Shown one piece after another: positions 1 to 8,686 of a DNA stretch of 45,790 nt. The stretch is from a virus (lineage: Duplodnaviria; Caudoviricetes), in IMG/VR virus record IMGVR_UViG_3300012942_000069, positions 1 to 45,790 of that record; one strand, written 5' to 3'. Position numbers and translations under genes: made by a program. Numbering within the stretch: position 1 is the stretch's first letter; the number at the start of each line of letters is the position of its first letter. The notes below the pieces were generated by a model. The model saw only the letters and a list, made by a program, of their open reading frames with translations. It was not told the origin of the DNA and searched no databases.

Positions 1-419
1 GCCGGCACGGGAGTCGGTGAAGCCGCGAGTCCCTGGGGCTGCAATACGGCCGAGGCCGAGATGATGTCGCGCTCTTCCGTGGGCGAAGGAAGCGTGGTCA
101 CTTCCGCGGCAACGGTCGGTACCGGCACGGCCAGGGCGGCGTCCACCGAGGCTTGCACGTGCTGCTGGCGTGCTTTCACGATGCGCTCTTCCAGTCCCTG
201 GTAGATGCGTGCCGCCATGTCCCGATGCGTCTGGTCGCCCGTGATCAGGAGGTTCAGGAAACTGATCATGAGCGGATCGGTGGTACGCTCCAGCGTGGAG
301 GTCACGATCTTGGTCAGCTCTTCGGACGGCGGATGGGAGAGCACCGTCTGCATGGCTTGGTACATGGTCACCAGTTTGGCCAACGACGGTTGGGAGGCGG
401 TCTGGGATTCGATGGTCAT
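1..419 (-). CDS. Hypothetical protein, truncated by the window edge (MTIESQTASQPSLAKLVTMY...)
   Basis: Manual translation. ATG at 419 overlaps the upstream stop (ATGA coupling) and the frame is open to position 1. Not in the ORF track. Confidence 0.7.
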   Translation of the reverse strand, partial: MTIESQTASQPSLAKLVTMYQAMQTVLSHPPSEELTKIVTSTLERTTDPLMISFLNLLITGDQTHRDMAARIYQGLEERIVKARQQHVQASVDAALAVPVPTVAAEVTTLPSPTEERDIISASAVLQPQGLAASPTPVP

Positions 420-838
420 GAGGTTGAGGTCTGTCCGGTGTTGTTCAGGGTGATCATGGACTGCACGACGCCGTTAATGGTTTCGAGCTCTTTGCCGACT
501 GAGTAGGGTTGCGTACCCTTCCAGACGACAACGTCCATGACAATGGTCATGCGGTTGGATTGATCGAAGGTCGATGTATCCTGGATGGTGACTGTGGCAG
601 CCACGTCATCGAAGAGCGGTGTAAAGAGTGCGATCAGGTCTTGTTCTACCTGACTGCGCAGTCGATCGGGGTCGCTGTTGAAGAGCTGAATCGTGCCCTG
701 AAGAGACCGGACGCCCACGTAAAGTTCGCTCTGCGAACGATTGGCCGCCAAGTAGTACGCCATGACGCGATCGATACGTTCGCCCACGCCACGAAGCAAA
801 CCTTTGCGTGAGAGCGTGAAAAGGGGACTGGAAGCCAT
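416..838 (-). CDS. Conserved phiKZ-like phage protein (roughly gp62-like by synteny)
   Basis: 140 aa ORF with GAGGA RBS; position downstream of the nvRNAP gene. Confidence 0.6.
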   Translation of the reverse strand: MASSPLFTLSRKGLLRGVGERIDRVMAYYLAANRSQSELYVGVRSLQGTIQLFNSDPDRLRSQVEQDLIALFTPLFDDVAATVTIQDTSTFDQSNRMTIVMDVVVWKGTQPYSVGKELETINGVVQSMITLNNTGQTSTS

Positions 839-882
839 CGCTGTCCTCGCCTAGACAAAAAAAAGAAGCTGGAGAGAAGAGT

Positions 883-909
883 GCCCGATCCCCACGATAG
901 GGATCGGGC
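883..909 (-). terminator. Hairpin / putative terminator
   Basis: gcccgatccc-N7-gggatcgggc after the 924..1565 gene; T8 run on the minus strand at about 857-864. Confidence 0.55.
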
Positions 910-923
910 CACAGGATGGCACC

Positions 924-1565
924 TTAGTCGAGCGAAGCGCCGTAGGTACTCGTAGGATCCTGACGACGTTCTTTGATGACGCGCAGGGCATGCGCCCAGG
1001 TCGCCATGATGTCGAGCTGTTCGTCGAAGTTCAGGGATTCCTGTTCGCCATCGGGAAGGATATCGTCCATGTACTGATCGGCATGCCAACCGATAGGCTG
1101 TCCTTCCTTATCTTCATCGACCACCACCACGCCATCCATGACCTGACGATACTCGAAGAGCTGCTCCTTCTCGGCGTTGGGCTGCATGTCCACGTAATGC
1201 TCGTCGTAACCGGCGAGCTGTTGGTTGTGGTACATGTGACGCACGGTAGGCTCGGCCATGATGTACCGAATCATGGTAGGACTCGCGAACTGGAGTTCTT
1301 CAACCGTACGCAGGGGGCGAATGTAGTCACCGTGCCAAATCCAATTGGCCGTACGACGTACATCACGAATGAGACGCTGCGTCCTCTCGGACGCCATGAA
1401 GCCAAAGCGCTCCACGGCTTCGTCAGCAAACCGTCTGGCGGATTGGGTCAGACCGGCTAAACCGTGGCCGCGCTGTGACTCGAAGAAGTGCTGAGTGCCC
1501 GGATGGACATCTCCGTAGATGAGCGCTTGAACGGCGGCATTACCGCCGTAAACCACTTCGGCCAT
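924..1565 (-). CDS. Conserved Chimalliviridae protein (phiKZ gp59-like)
   Basis: 213 aa; MIRYIMAEPTVR...LAGY...YRQVMDG...DPTS pattern recalled from this family, plus synteny. Confidence 0.65.
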   Translation of the reverse strand: MAEVVYGGNAAVQALIYGDVHPGTQHFFESQRGHGLAGLTQSARRFADEAVERFGFMASERTQRLIRDVRRTANWIWHGDYIRPLRTVEELQFASPTMIRYIMAEPTVRHMYHNQQLAGYDEHYVDMQPNAEKEQLFEYRQVMDGVVVVDEDKEGQPIGWHADQYMDDILPDGEQESLNFDEQLDIMATWAHALRVIKERRQDPTSTYGASLD

Positions 1566-1627
1566 AGGTGGGTCACCTTGATGTTTTTAGGTTAAGGAGC
1601 ACAGGTTAAGGTGCTCATTTGGGAATC

Positions 1628-1828
1628 CTACACAGGCATCAGAAGCGATTCCCGAATATGGAACTGTTCGTCCTTGACCTGATACGAAAAGTAGTCATCG
1701 GGATGCTTGGAGCGATCTTCACGACGTTCGCAGTGAACAATGGGGCCTTGGACCACAAGGTCTTCGGCTTCCCAACTGCCCAACTGTACACGGACTTCTT
1801 GGCCAACCTGAAATTTTGGAACTGCCAC
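1628..1828 (-). CDS. Small hypothetical protein, SH3/KOW-like beta pattern
   Basis: 66 aa, GTG start with AAGGGGAAGGA RBS, KFQVGQEVRV N-terminus, promoter-like motif upstream. Confidence 0.65.
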   Translation of the reverse strand: MAVPKFQVGQEVRVQLGSWEAEDLVVQGPIVHCERREDRSKHPDDYFSYQVKDEQFHIRESLLMPV

Positions 1829-1859
1829 GTCCTTCCCCTTGTAAGTGGTCTTCAGGTAA

Positions 1860-1876
1860 GTAGTGTATATTTCAAA
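1860..1876 (-). promoter_or_regulatory. Candidate phage early promoter TTTGAA-ATA-TACACTAC
   Basis: Same 17-nt layout as the motifs at 7232 and 15862; the 3' part resembles the phiKZ early consensus TATATTAC. Confidence 0.5.
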
Positions 1877-1890
1877 TCCCTTCCACTGGG

Positions 1891-1938
1891 GACATAGGCC
1901 CTCCCAACGCCCGTGTAAGGCGTTGGGAGGGCTATGTC
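1891..1938. terminator. CATA/TATG-flanked long hairpin downstream of the RNAP gene
   Basis: gacataggccctcccaacgcc...ggcgttgggagggctatgtc. Confidence 0.7.
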
Positions 1939-1944
1939 GCTATC

Positions 1945-2118
1945 CTAGCGACCTTCGTGCAACCACGAGGCTGCTGTCGTGACCACCGGCTCAGGAGCCT
2001 GCATGGTGCGCGACATCGATCGTGGCTTATTGGTATCCAGAACCGTCAAATGCGGAGCGAGCCGTGACAGCTTGCGCAGCATCTTGTTATCTAGGATCAC
2101 GAGGCCATTGAGTGCATC
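1945..2118 (-). CDS. nvRNAP beta'-type subunit, exon 3 (DALNGLVILDNKMLRKLSRLAPHLTVLD...LHEGR*)
   Basis: Starts right after the intron terminal G (2119); supplies the last D of NADFDGD; 57 codons plus TAG. Confidence 0.9.
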   Translation of the reverse strand, partial: DALNGLVILDNKMLRKLSRLAPHLTVLDTNKPRSMSRTMQAPEPVVTTAASWLHEGR

Positions 2119-3465
2119 CATTGCGTTCTAACTAATGAGGTTGGTACGGAGAGCTGGAACTCTTTACCCGCGCCATCATGTCTTCCAATCGGTTCTTGTA
2201 GGCGAAAAACCAATCACCTACTTCTCCGAGCCCATCTTTTCTAAGCCGTGTGGAAACGGCCTTTTTACTCAAGCCAAGAATCTTGATCATAGAGGCTGCG
2301 CTCGGAAAGATTGCAGTCTCATCGGTCAGCTTGTTTCTAGCTACTGTCTCCTTACCACCTGGAGCACGCAGCTCATCAAGTTGCTCCGGGGTAACATCCG
2401 GAAATGCAGCAGACTCACGTACAACCAGGTACTGCTTCTTGAAGAGTCGAGTTCTCCCTGCACCGGAGATGCACTGGTAGACGTGACTAGGTGAAACGCC
2501 ATGTCGAAGTGCAGCGTCTGCGATGGAATCAAAACTCTCGATTGCGCCTGTTTCCAGATCTTTGATGGTCACCGGTGACTGAATGGCCCGACCGATTGGA
2601 TCGCGTTCCTGGATGGTGGCTTTTCGGAGCTGATCGGGCACGCGAGAGTGCCTCGTGTAGGGTTCTAGGCCCACGCCATCAATCGATCTTCCATCTCTGA
2701 CCATTTCCCACACAAGGTCCAAGTCCATATTCAACAGGCTAGAGGCATCGTGTAGATTGTTAATGAAGGATTTTCGTCCTTCCTTATCAGTCATTACGAT
2801 CGTGGGGTAAGCGATCTGTTGTCTCATCATGCTGGCATGGAGATTGTTCAGGTAAGCCGACACCCATTCGAGATTGTAGGCCTCGTTATTCGCGATGTCG
2901 TGGTCTATGTGATTGACAGCCAACTGACTGACGTCTTTGTCCGTCGGGATATGCGCTAAAGCAACCAAGCGATGGACGCCAAATGTCTGCCACTTTCCAT
3001 CTAGGAGTTTTACTGAGGCCGTTCTGTAGCCATCGCCATTGACATATTGCGGGCGATGTTCACCTTCGGGGCCGTAGATCTCTCCGCAGTCAGACACGGA
3101 GAAGCCAAGAGTCCCAGGAATAGACTTGATATTCATGAGGTCCTCGAGGTTTGGGGGTTTCTCATTAGCTAGAACTACCAGTTCGTTAGGCTGGCCGGCT
3201 TCGTTTCCAGACTCCACCGTCTGCATGTCACCATGCAGTTTAGACTATATCTTCCCTTGGTAGGGCCTCTCGTTTCGGGGACCACTTGGCCCCTACTCCG
3301 GTATCGGATAGTCGTTGAACGTTCCCCTGGACGGGGCTTCGCTGCTGATTGTCTCATAACCGCTTATTTTCAAGCATTCACGTTTAGCCTTTCGACTTAC
3401 GTTGTAGCTAAGCAGCCTTCGAGAGTTTCCAGCAATTAGAGAGGTTTAACGACGGCAACACAGCT
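2119..3465 (-). ncRNA. Group I intron 2 (1347 nt) with homing endonuclease ORF
   Basis: P1 GACGGU/GCCGUC with U.G at the 5' splice site; core elements AAUUGCUGGAAA, AAUCAGCAGCG, GUUCAACGACUA, GAAGAUAUAGUC; ends in G; removal restores NADFDG-D. Confidence 0.92.
2132..3136 (-). CDS. Intron-encoded HNH homing endonuclease (NUMOD4/HNH, with C-terminal NUMOD1-like repeats)
   Basis: HRLVALAH...VNHIDHDIANNEAYNLEWVS...N; repeated F.S...AA..LG/HG motifs. Likely start is ATG 3136 with GAGGA RBS (the track start at 3226 lies in intron P9 structure). Confidence 0.88.
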   Translation of the reverse strand: MNIKSIPGTLGFSVSDCGEIYGPEGEHRPQYVNGDGYRTASVKLLDGKWQTFGVHRLVALAHIPTDKDVSQLAVNHIDHDIANNEAYNLEWVSAYLNNLHASMMRQQIAYPTIVMTDKEGRKSFINNLHDASSLLNMDLDLVWEMVRDGRSIDGVGLEPYTRHSRVPDQLRKATIQERDPIGRAIQSPVTIKDLETGAIESFDSIADAALRHGVSPSHVYQCISGAGRTRLFKKQYLVVRESAAFPDVTPEQLDELRAPGGKETVARNKLTDETAIFPSAASMIKILGLSKKAVSTRLRKDGLGEVGDWFFAYKNRLEDMMARVKSSSSPYQPH

Positions 3466-3588
3466 ACCGTCGAAGTCGGCGTTAAAGTTCCTCAGCACTA
3501 GGACGGACAATGAGATACTGCGTACGGCCGTATCTGTCTTGACCTTGGTGATGTAGAGCAACTGCATACTGCCACGCAAGAGGCTGGG
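3466..3588 (-). CDS. nvRNAP beta'-type subunit, exon 2 (PSLLRGSMQLLYITKVKTDTAVRSISLSVLVLRNFNADFDG)
   Basis: 123-nt exon; continues FNRN|PSL (equivalent to NRxPTLH) and contains NADFDG. Confidence 0.92.
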
Positions 3589-3951
3589 CGATATCTTCAT
3601 CTCTACTCGCTAGGTAGAGATCGCGGACGAACCGCAGCTACCTGTCTCCAGGCATGTCGTGACTATATCTTCATCCTTCGCTCCACAGGGGGGCGGGAGT
3701 GCTAGAAGGATGTCTCCCATTTCAGGCCGCTTGGCCCTACGGGTATCGCTACCCTAGTCGATGAACGTGCGCCACCCATCGTCTCACGACGGAAGGAAGG
3801 CGTTTCGCTGCTGATTGTCTCTACCGGCTTCTTTTCATGCATTCACGCTCGTCCTTTCGGACCACGTTGTAGCGAAGCCGTCTAGCAAGACGTTCCAGCA
3901 ATTAGAGAGATGATCGACTACCGTTACCGGTAGAAGAAACCACAAGAGGTA
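3589..3951 (-). ncRNA. Group I intron 1 (363 nt, no ORF)
   Basis: P1 GAAAU/GUUUC with U.G; core elements AAUUGCUGGAA, AAUCAGCAGCG, GUUCAUCGACUA, GAAGAUAUAGUC; terminal G at 3589. Confidence 0.9.
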
Positions 3952-5091
3952 ATTTCGATTGAATAACGTACCGATCCGGCCACCGGGCGCTTCGGCAATC
4001 AGTTCCTGGAAGAGGCGGTCCAGGGTACGACTGTAACGCAGCGTGTGCTCATCCAAATGCGTCTGGGCTTCACGAATGCTCCAGCCTTTCATGAGCAGCT
4101 TGGCATTCAGGTGCAGGCGGAACACCATGACGCCCAGTGACCATGGGATATGGATCTCATCGTACCGATGAGGCTCCGAGAGTGAATTGATCACCGCACG
4201 ATACGTGAAGTGCGAGCGAGTACCGAATACATGCTGTCGGAACCAACCGTCCTTCGAGTCGTAGAAGTCCTTGAAGCACGCTTCGGAGTACTCGGCCATC
4301 AGCGCATTGGCTTTCATGGCACGAGACTGAAGTGTCTTGATCGCCAGATGCTCTTCATTGGACGCTGTGGACGAGATCGTTCTCGCCGCATTCAACGCCA
4401 GGAACATGTTCTTCGAGGCAAACGTCGTGGTGAGCGTTTTCTCGGTGATCATGAGTAGCTTGGTGGGCATCGGGAGGTGTTGGCAGAAGATGTGCTGACG
4501 GTACTCCGCTAGGAAGAGGAGGAGCGTATTCACACGACCGAGCGCGCCTTGCTTGTCTCGGATGTCTTTCTGCAGGATGTTCTCATCGGCAAGCGTGCGG
4601 ATGATCTCATCGAAGTGATCCACGAAGTAATTGATACCGCGTGGAATCCCGAGGCGTAGATACTTCTTGACCTGGGGATTGCGGGTCTCGACGGCATGCA
4701 CGGACGGGTTGACCAGGTGCTCCAGGATGGAGAACTTGGAGAGCGTCAGTGCGGCATTCAAGATGGCGTAGATCTTCGGATGGATGAACGCCTTGACCCC
4801 TTTCGGCAGCCCCAGCCACACCGCGGTCTCCAACGGCCGTTCGGTCATGGCTACCACGCGCGTCTGACAGATCGGACAGATCTGGCCTTCCAGATAGCCG
4901 CCATGGAGATGGCCGCCATCGCAGGAGGGTTCCAGTTCCAGGAAGTCCGAGCCAAACCGGGAGAGCAGCATCCGGTTGATCTCTTCCTTATCGAGGTCCG
5001 TACTGATGTCAAACTGGTTGAGGATGATGGGCTGGTGGGGCGTGGTGGTGAAGAGCTCGTCGAGGTTGATAATGCGAGCGGTAATAGCCAA
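3952..5091 (-). CDS. Non-virion RNA polymerase beta'-type subunit (phiKZ gp55-like), exon 1; spliced product 478 aa
   Basis: Zn-ribbon-like C..CPIC, KDGWFRQHVFGTRSHFTYRAVI motif, ends LFNRN; adjacent to chimallin. Confidence 0.92.
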
Positions 5092-5242
5092 TCGTGCGAA
5101 CCTCCTCTCAAGTACAGCAAAGAACGGGCTAGAGGATCCCAGCGCGGTAAGGCGCTTTTGCGAGATCCTCTTAAAGAAGCGCTCTCACGCTGCCCGGCGT
5201 TCACCGAAGCAGCGTGAGAGGCTCTTCACCCGAGGAGGGAGA

Positions 5243-7138
5243 TTAACGATTGCGGAAACGGCCGTAGGTGTTGAGGCCCATGGCGCCACCGCCGTACACC
5301 TGACGTGCCGGTGCACCCTGTGCCAGAATGCCGCCGATGACCTGCTTGTTGAGGCCACCGCCCACGCCCTGATAGGATGCGCGGCCGCGTGCACCCTGGA
5401 AGTCCACCAGCTGGCTGACCGCACGCAGCGGCAGGCCGGCGTTCTTCACGCTCTGGGTCAGGGCGGTCAGGAAGGCCGGATCCAGATCCACGATCTGGCC
5501 GTAGGAGACCAGCGTGGCGCTCGGCACGCAGCGGGTGATGATCTGCCAGCGGTTGGCCAGCTGCACGTTCGGGTCGTCGTTGCCGAGGAAGGTCTCGGCG
5601 AACTCGTACGCCATGTCGATGTTGCGCTCGCCGCAGAAGTTGTACATCCACAGCTGGTCGATATCGAGGAGATCGCGGATCTCATCGTGTTCGGCCGTGC
5701 GGTAGTAGCCCAGGTGCAGGCGGGTGCTGGACAGGTGGGCGATCGGCGCGCCGGCCGGGAAGTTCTGACCGAACACGTTGCCGGTCAGCTTGTTCGCCGC
5801 ATCGATGATGGCCTGGTAGGCCGCCGCATTGCCGGAGGCTGCATCGCTGAACGCCACGTTCAGCCAGGTGTTCGGACCGGACTCGTTGACGAGCAAGGCG
5901 ACGTGCAGATCGTCGAACAGCGCCATGTTCATCATCTGGTGAATCTCGGCGGTCGACAGCTTGGACATGTCTTCCTTGCCGCTCGGACGCGCATTCGGAT
6001 CTTCCGGCACGAAGTTGACCTCGTAGCCCACCGCGCCGAAATCACGGAACTGGTTGTTGCGCGTGGCCGACGGGATGAACGGCGCCAGGTACTGCTCGTT
6101 GAAGTCCAGGATCGCGGCCATGGACAGCGAGAGCAGGCTGGTTTCCAGGGTCACCAGGTTGTTCTCGGACTCGATCTGGGTCAGGACCACCTGCGGCGTG
6201 AAGCGGCGGGTATCCGGACGCATGTTGAGGTTGGTCGGCGGCGGCGGGACGGTGTACAGCAGATTGGTGTAGGCGGCCAGCGAGCAGATCGGCACGACCT
6301 GATCGGGGATACCCTTCACGTTGGTCTGCACCGTCGCCTGCAGGCTCATCACGATGTCCGAACGTACCGGCAGGCCGGTCTCACCCGTACGCGGGGCGTC
6401 GTTCAGGTTCATCTGGATGCTGGTCTTGGCGTTGTTGGTGACCATCTGGATCGTCAGACGCTCGGCGTCCGGGATGAAGCTGGTCTCGATGAAGGTATCA
6501 ATCGCCGCCATGGCCGCGAACAGCGCGCTGCGCACGGTCAGCTTGTCCTTCTCACCGGCCGTGATCACACCACGGGCCAGCGTATCCGAACCCACCGGCG
6601 AGAACTCGACGTCCGAGCCGTAGATCTGCTTCAGCTTGACCTCGATGGCATCCCACAGCGACGGCGTCGCGTAGTCGCCGGCCGTCATCGGCAGCTGCAC
6701 CGGCTTGTTGGAACCGGCCACATTGATCTCGATGATCGGCATCTGCGGCACCGAATCCTCGACCAGCATGATGTACACGACGCCCTTGCGACCCTTGTCG
6801 GTCTCGAGCTTGGCCACGGCCAGCACAGCCGCGATCGCCACGTCCTGGTTGTCGTTGGAGTCGATCGCGTGGATGGCGTAGCTCACCGAACGCGCTGCGT
6901 CCTGCTTCAGGTTCTCTTCCAGGCACTTGTTGAAGGCCTTCTCCAGCTCGATCACCGCCTGGCTGGACTGGTTACGACCGAAGGAGCGGTGGAAGAAGTT
7001 GTTGATGCCGGCCGCAGTCACGTTGCTCGAGACGGTCTTGCGGCTGAACGTATCGGCGCCCACTCCCGCACGGCCGAAGGCTTCCTTCGTGCTGGTGCTG
7101 GACTGAGGCTGGTCGCCGTTGTTCTCATGGATAGGCAT
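5243..7138 (-). CDS. chmA: Chimallin, major phage nuclear shell protein (phiKZ gp54 / 201phi2-1 gp105-like)
   Basis: 631 aa; located between the gp52-like gene and the nvRNAP gene; GLPVRSDI, FTPQVVLT, DFGAVGYE, LHLGYY..DLLDID motifs; strongly biased codons typical of high expression. Confidence 0.85.
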   Translation of the reverse strand: MPIHENNGDQPQSSTSTKEAFGRAGVGADTFSRKTVSSNVTAAGINNFFHRSFGRNQSSQAVIELEKAFNKCLEENLKQDAARSVSYAIHAIDSNDNQDVAIAAVLAVAKLETDKGRKGVVYIMLVEDSVPQMPIIEINVAGSNKPVQLPMTAGDYATPSLWDAIEVKLKQIYGSDVEFSPVGSDTLARGVITAGEKDKLTVRSALFAAMAAIDTFIETSFIPDAERLTIQMVTNNAKTSIQMNLNDAPRTGETGLPVRSDIVMSLQATVQTNVKGIPDQVVPICSLAAYTNLLYTVPPPPTNLNMRPDTRRFTPQVVLTQIESENNLVTLETSLLSLSMAAILDFNEQYLAPFIPSATRNNQFRDFGAVGYEVNFVPEDPNARPSGKEDMSKLSTAEIHQMMNMALFDDLHVALLVNESGPNTWLNVAFSDAASGNAAAYQAIIDAANKLTGNVFGQNFPAGAPIAHLSSTRLHLGYYRTAEHDEIRDLLDIDQLWMYNFCGERNIDMAYEFAETFLGNDDPNVQLANRWQIITRCVPSATLVSYGQIVDLDPAFLTALTQSVKNAGLPLRAVSQLVDFQGARGRASYQGVGGGLNKQVIGGILAQGAPARQVYGGGAMGLNTYGRFRNR

Positions 7139-7231
7139 GGGTTGTTTTCCTCGGGATTGCGTTTTTGTTGATCAACAATCAAGAATGATGAAACACCGCG
7201 ATGTCTGCGCAGAGCGGGCTTCATCGGGAGG

Positions 7232-7248
7232 GTAATATGGCTTTGAAA
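7232..7248 (-). promoter_or_regulatory. Candidate early promoter for chimallin, TTTCAA-AGC-CATATTAC
   Basis: 7/8 match to phiKZ early TATATTAC, about 95 nt upstream of the chimallin ATG. Confidence 0.55.
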
Positions 7249-7519
7249 AGCCATTCGTTACAATGCGCAGACGCCTCCCAATGGTTTCATCGACTTGATA
7301 CCGGAAAGGCTCCGTAAGGCCACAGGCTACATCGTCGGCGCCTGACCGCAAAGCCAGACGCGGACGGCATAGGAGCCTCCATACTACTACCACCGTGGTT
7401 GCGGAAAGTTTACAGCTTCCTCAGGGCAGTGGTCTCGTTAAGGATGTGATGGCATCCTTAACCGAATCTGAACGCCGGATGCTACATGGGATCTCCTTTA
7501 AGGTAGAAGGGCTGGAATC

Positions 7520-8626
7520 ATGCATAACCTGCTGCAAGGGCCTCGCTATGACCGAGGCCTGCCGGTCCTCCCTCGAGAGGGCCAGGCGATCGGTTACCTC
7601 TCGACCATGCTGAACAAGACGATCGATTATCGCCGACGCGCTTCGCGCGCACTGCCCGGCGATCATCTACTTATTCGCTTCCTAGGCGCGCTACTCCCTG
7701 ATCTCTCACTGTCCGATGCCAACTTCCTCTGGGCCGTGGAAGACAGCGTCATGGGCGTGGCGTCCACCACCGGCCTGACCGGTACTTGGTGCGTGGGACG
7801 GACGCACCAAGGTGTCCTCTATCGAGAATGCGATGAAGCCATCTTGGTCAGCTTCGATCCCATCGATACCGAGGCGCTCAAGGATCGCTGGGAAGAACTG
7901 CAGCCCATCCGCATCCTAAGCCATCCCTACGCCGATTATAGCTTGCCGTGGCTGGACGGCACCGGTGAGGGCGTGCAGGGGGCAGGACGTGCAACCATCG
8001 CCATCCAGGCCAACCTCCTGGCTTACCAGTACAAGCGCTTCTGGGAGGCGCAGGTGAGGGATAACCCGGATTCTCCACCTGGCATGAACCTCTTCTTCAT
8101 GCGCTATCCATTGGCCAACGCTACGGCTTGTCACATGGACCTTGTGTTGGCCAATCGCCTGATGGCGATGGCATTGGGGCAATCTATTCGTCCGCAAGAG
8201 GACAAGAATCCCTTCTATCTGAATTTCTCCCCGGAGGTTGCCGATAGCACCCTGGAGCAAGCCATTCAGTTCATGGTCAAACGCTCCATGAGTTTCGATG
8301 CGTGGCTCTCCGCCATTCCTCAGCTGTCAGTGAGCGACTATCACGATTACGTGATGTTCTCCAACCGGTACTTTACCCGGCAGTCGGAATGGCTGGTCCT
8401 CTACACGCAACTCCAAGCGTTTAGCTTTCTCCTGGCCTGGAATGCTCGGATGGATTCGCATCACAACCGCACGTACCTGAACGAACTCAACCATTGGCTA
8501 CGGCGCATAGCGCAAGGCCGGCTACTCGAGCCGGCCCTTCGTGGCCGCGTACTGGTGAGTACGATGGACGCGTTGCGCTCCCAATGGCTACCGTACTTGA
8601 GTCAAGTCGGCTTTCCTCCTTTCTAG
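7520..8626 (+). CDS. Conserved Chimalliviridae core protein (phiKZ gp52-like)
   Basis: 368 aa, opposite strand between DNA polymerase and chimallin as in phiKZ; W..LQPIRILSHP motif. Confidence 0.7.
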   Translation: MHNLLQGPRYDRGLPVLPREGQAIGYLSTMLNKTIDYRRRASRALPGDHLLIRFLGALLPDLSLSDANFLWAVEDSVMGVASTTGLTGTWCVGRTHQGVLYRECDEAILVSFDPIDTEALKDRWEELQPIRILSHPYADYSLPWLDGTGEGVQGAGRATIAIQANLLAYQYKRFWEAQVRDNPDSPPGMNLFFMRYPLANATACHMDLVLANRLMAMALGQSIRPQEDKNPFYLNFSPEVADSTLEQAIQFMVKRSMSFDAWLSAIPQLSVSDYHDYVMFSNRYFTRQSEWLVLYTQLQAFSFLLAWNARMDSHHNRTYLNELNHWLRRIAQGRLLEPALRGRVLVSTMDALRSQWLPYLSQVGFPPF

Positions 8627-8632
8627 GGCTTA

Positions 8633-8686
8633 CAGGCCCCTCCCCCTCGCCTTCACAGGCGAGGGGGAGGGGCCTGGCACTATGCC
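8633..8686. terminator. Bidirectional hairpin between convergent genes
   Basis: caggcccctccccctcgcct-tcac-aggcgagggggaggggcctg followed by tatgcc. Confidence 0.75.

Noticed and set aside
3835-3951. C-terminal 38 aa of the 418-aa RNAP ORF
   Set aside because: Read-through into intron 1; not part of the spliced protein.
4976-7171. 731-aa plus-strand ORF
   Set aside because: Antisense shadow of the codon-biased chimallin gene; no recognisable motifs.
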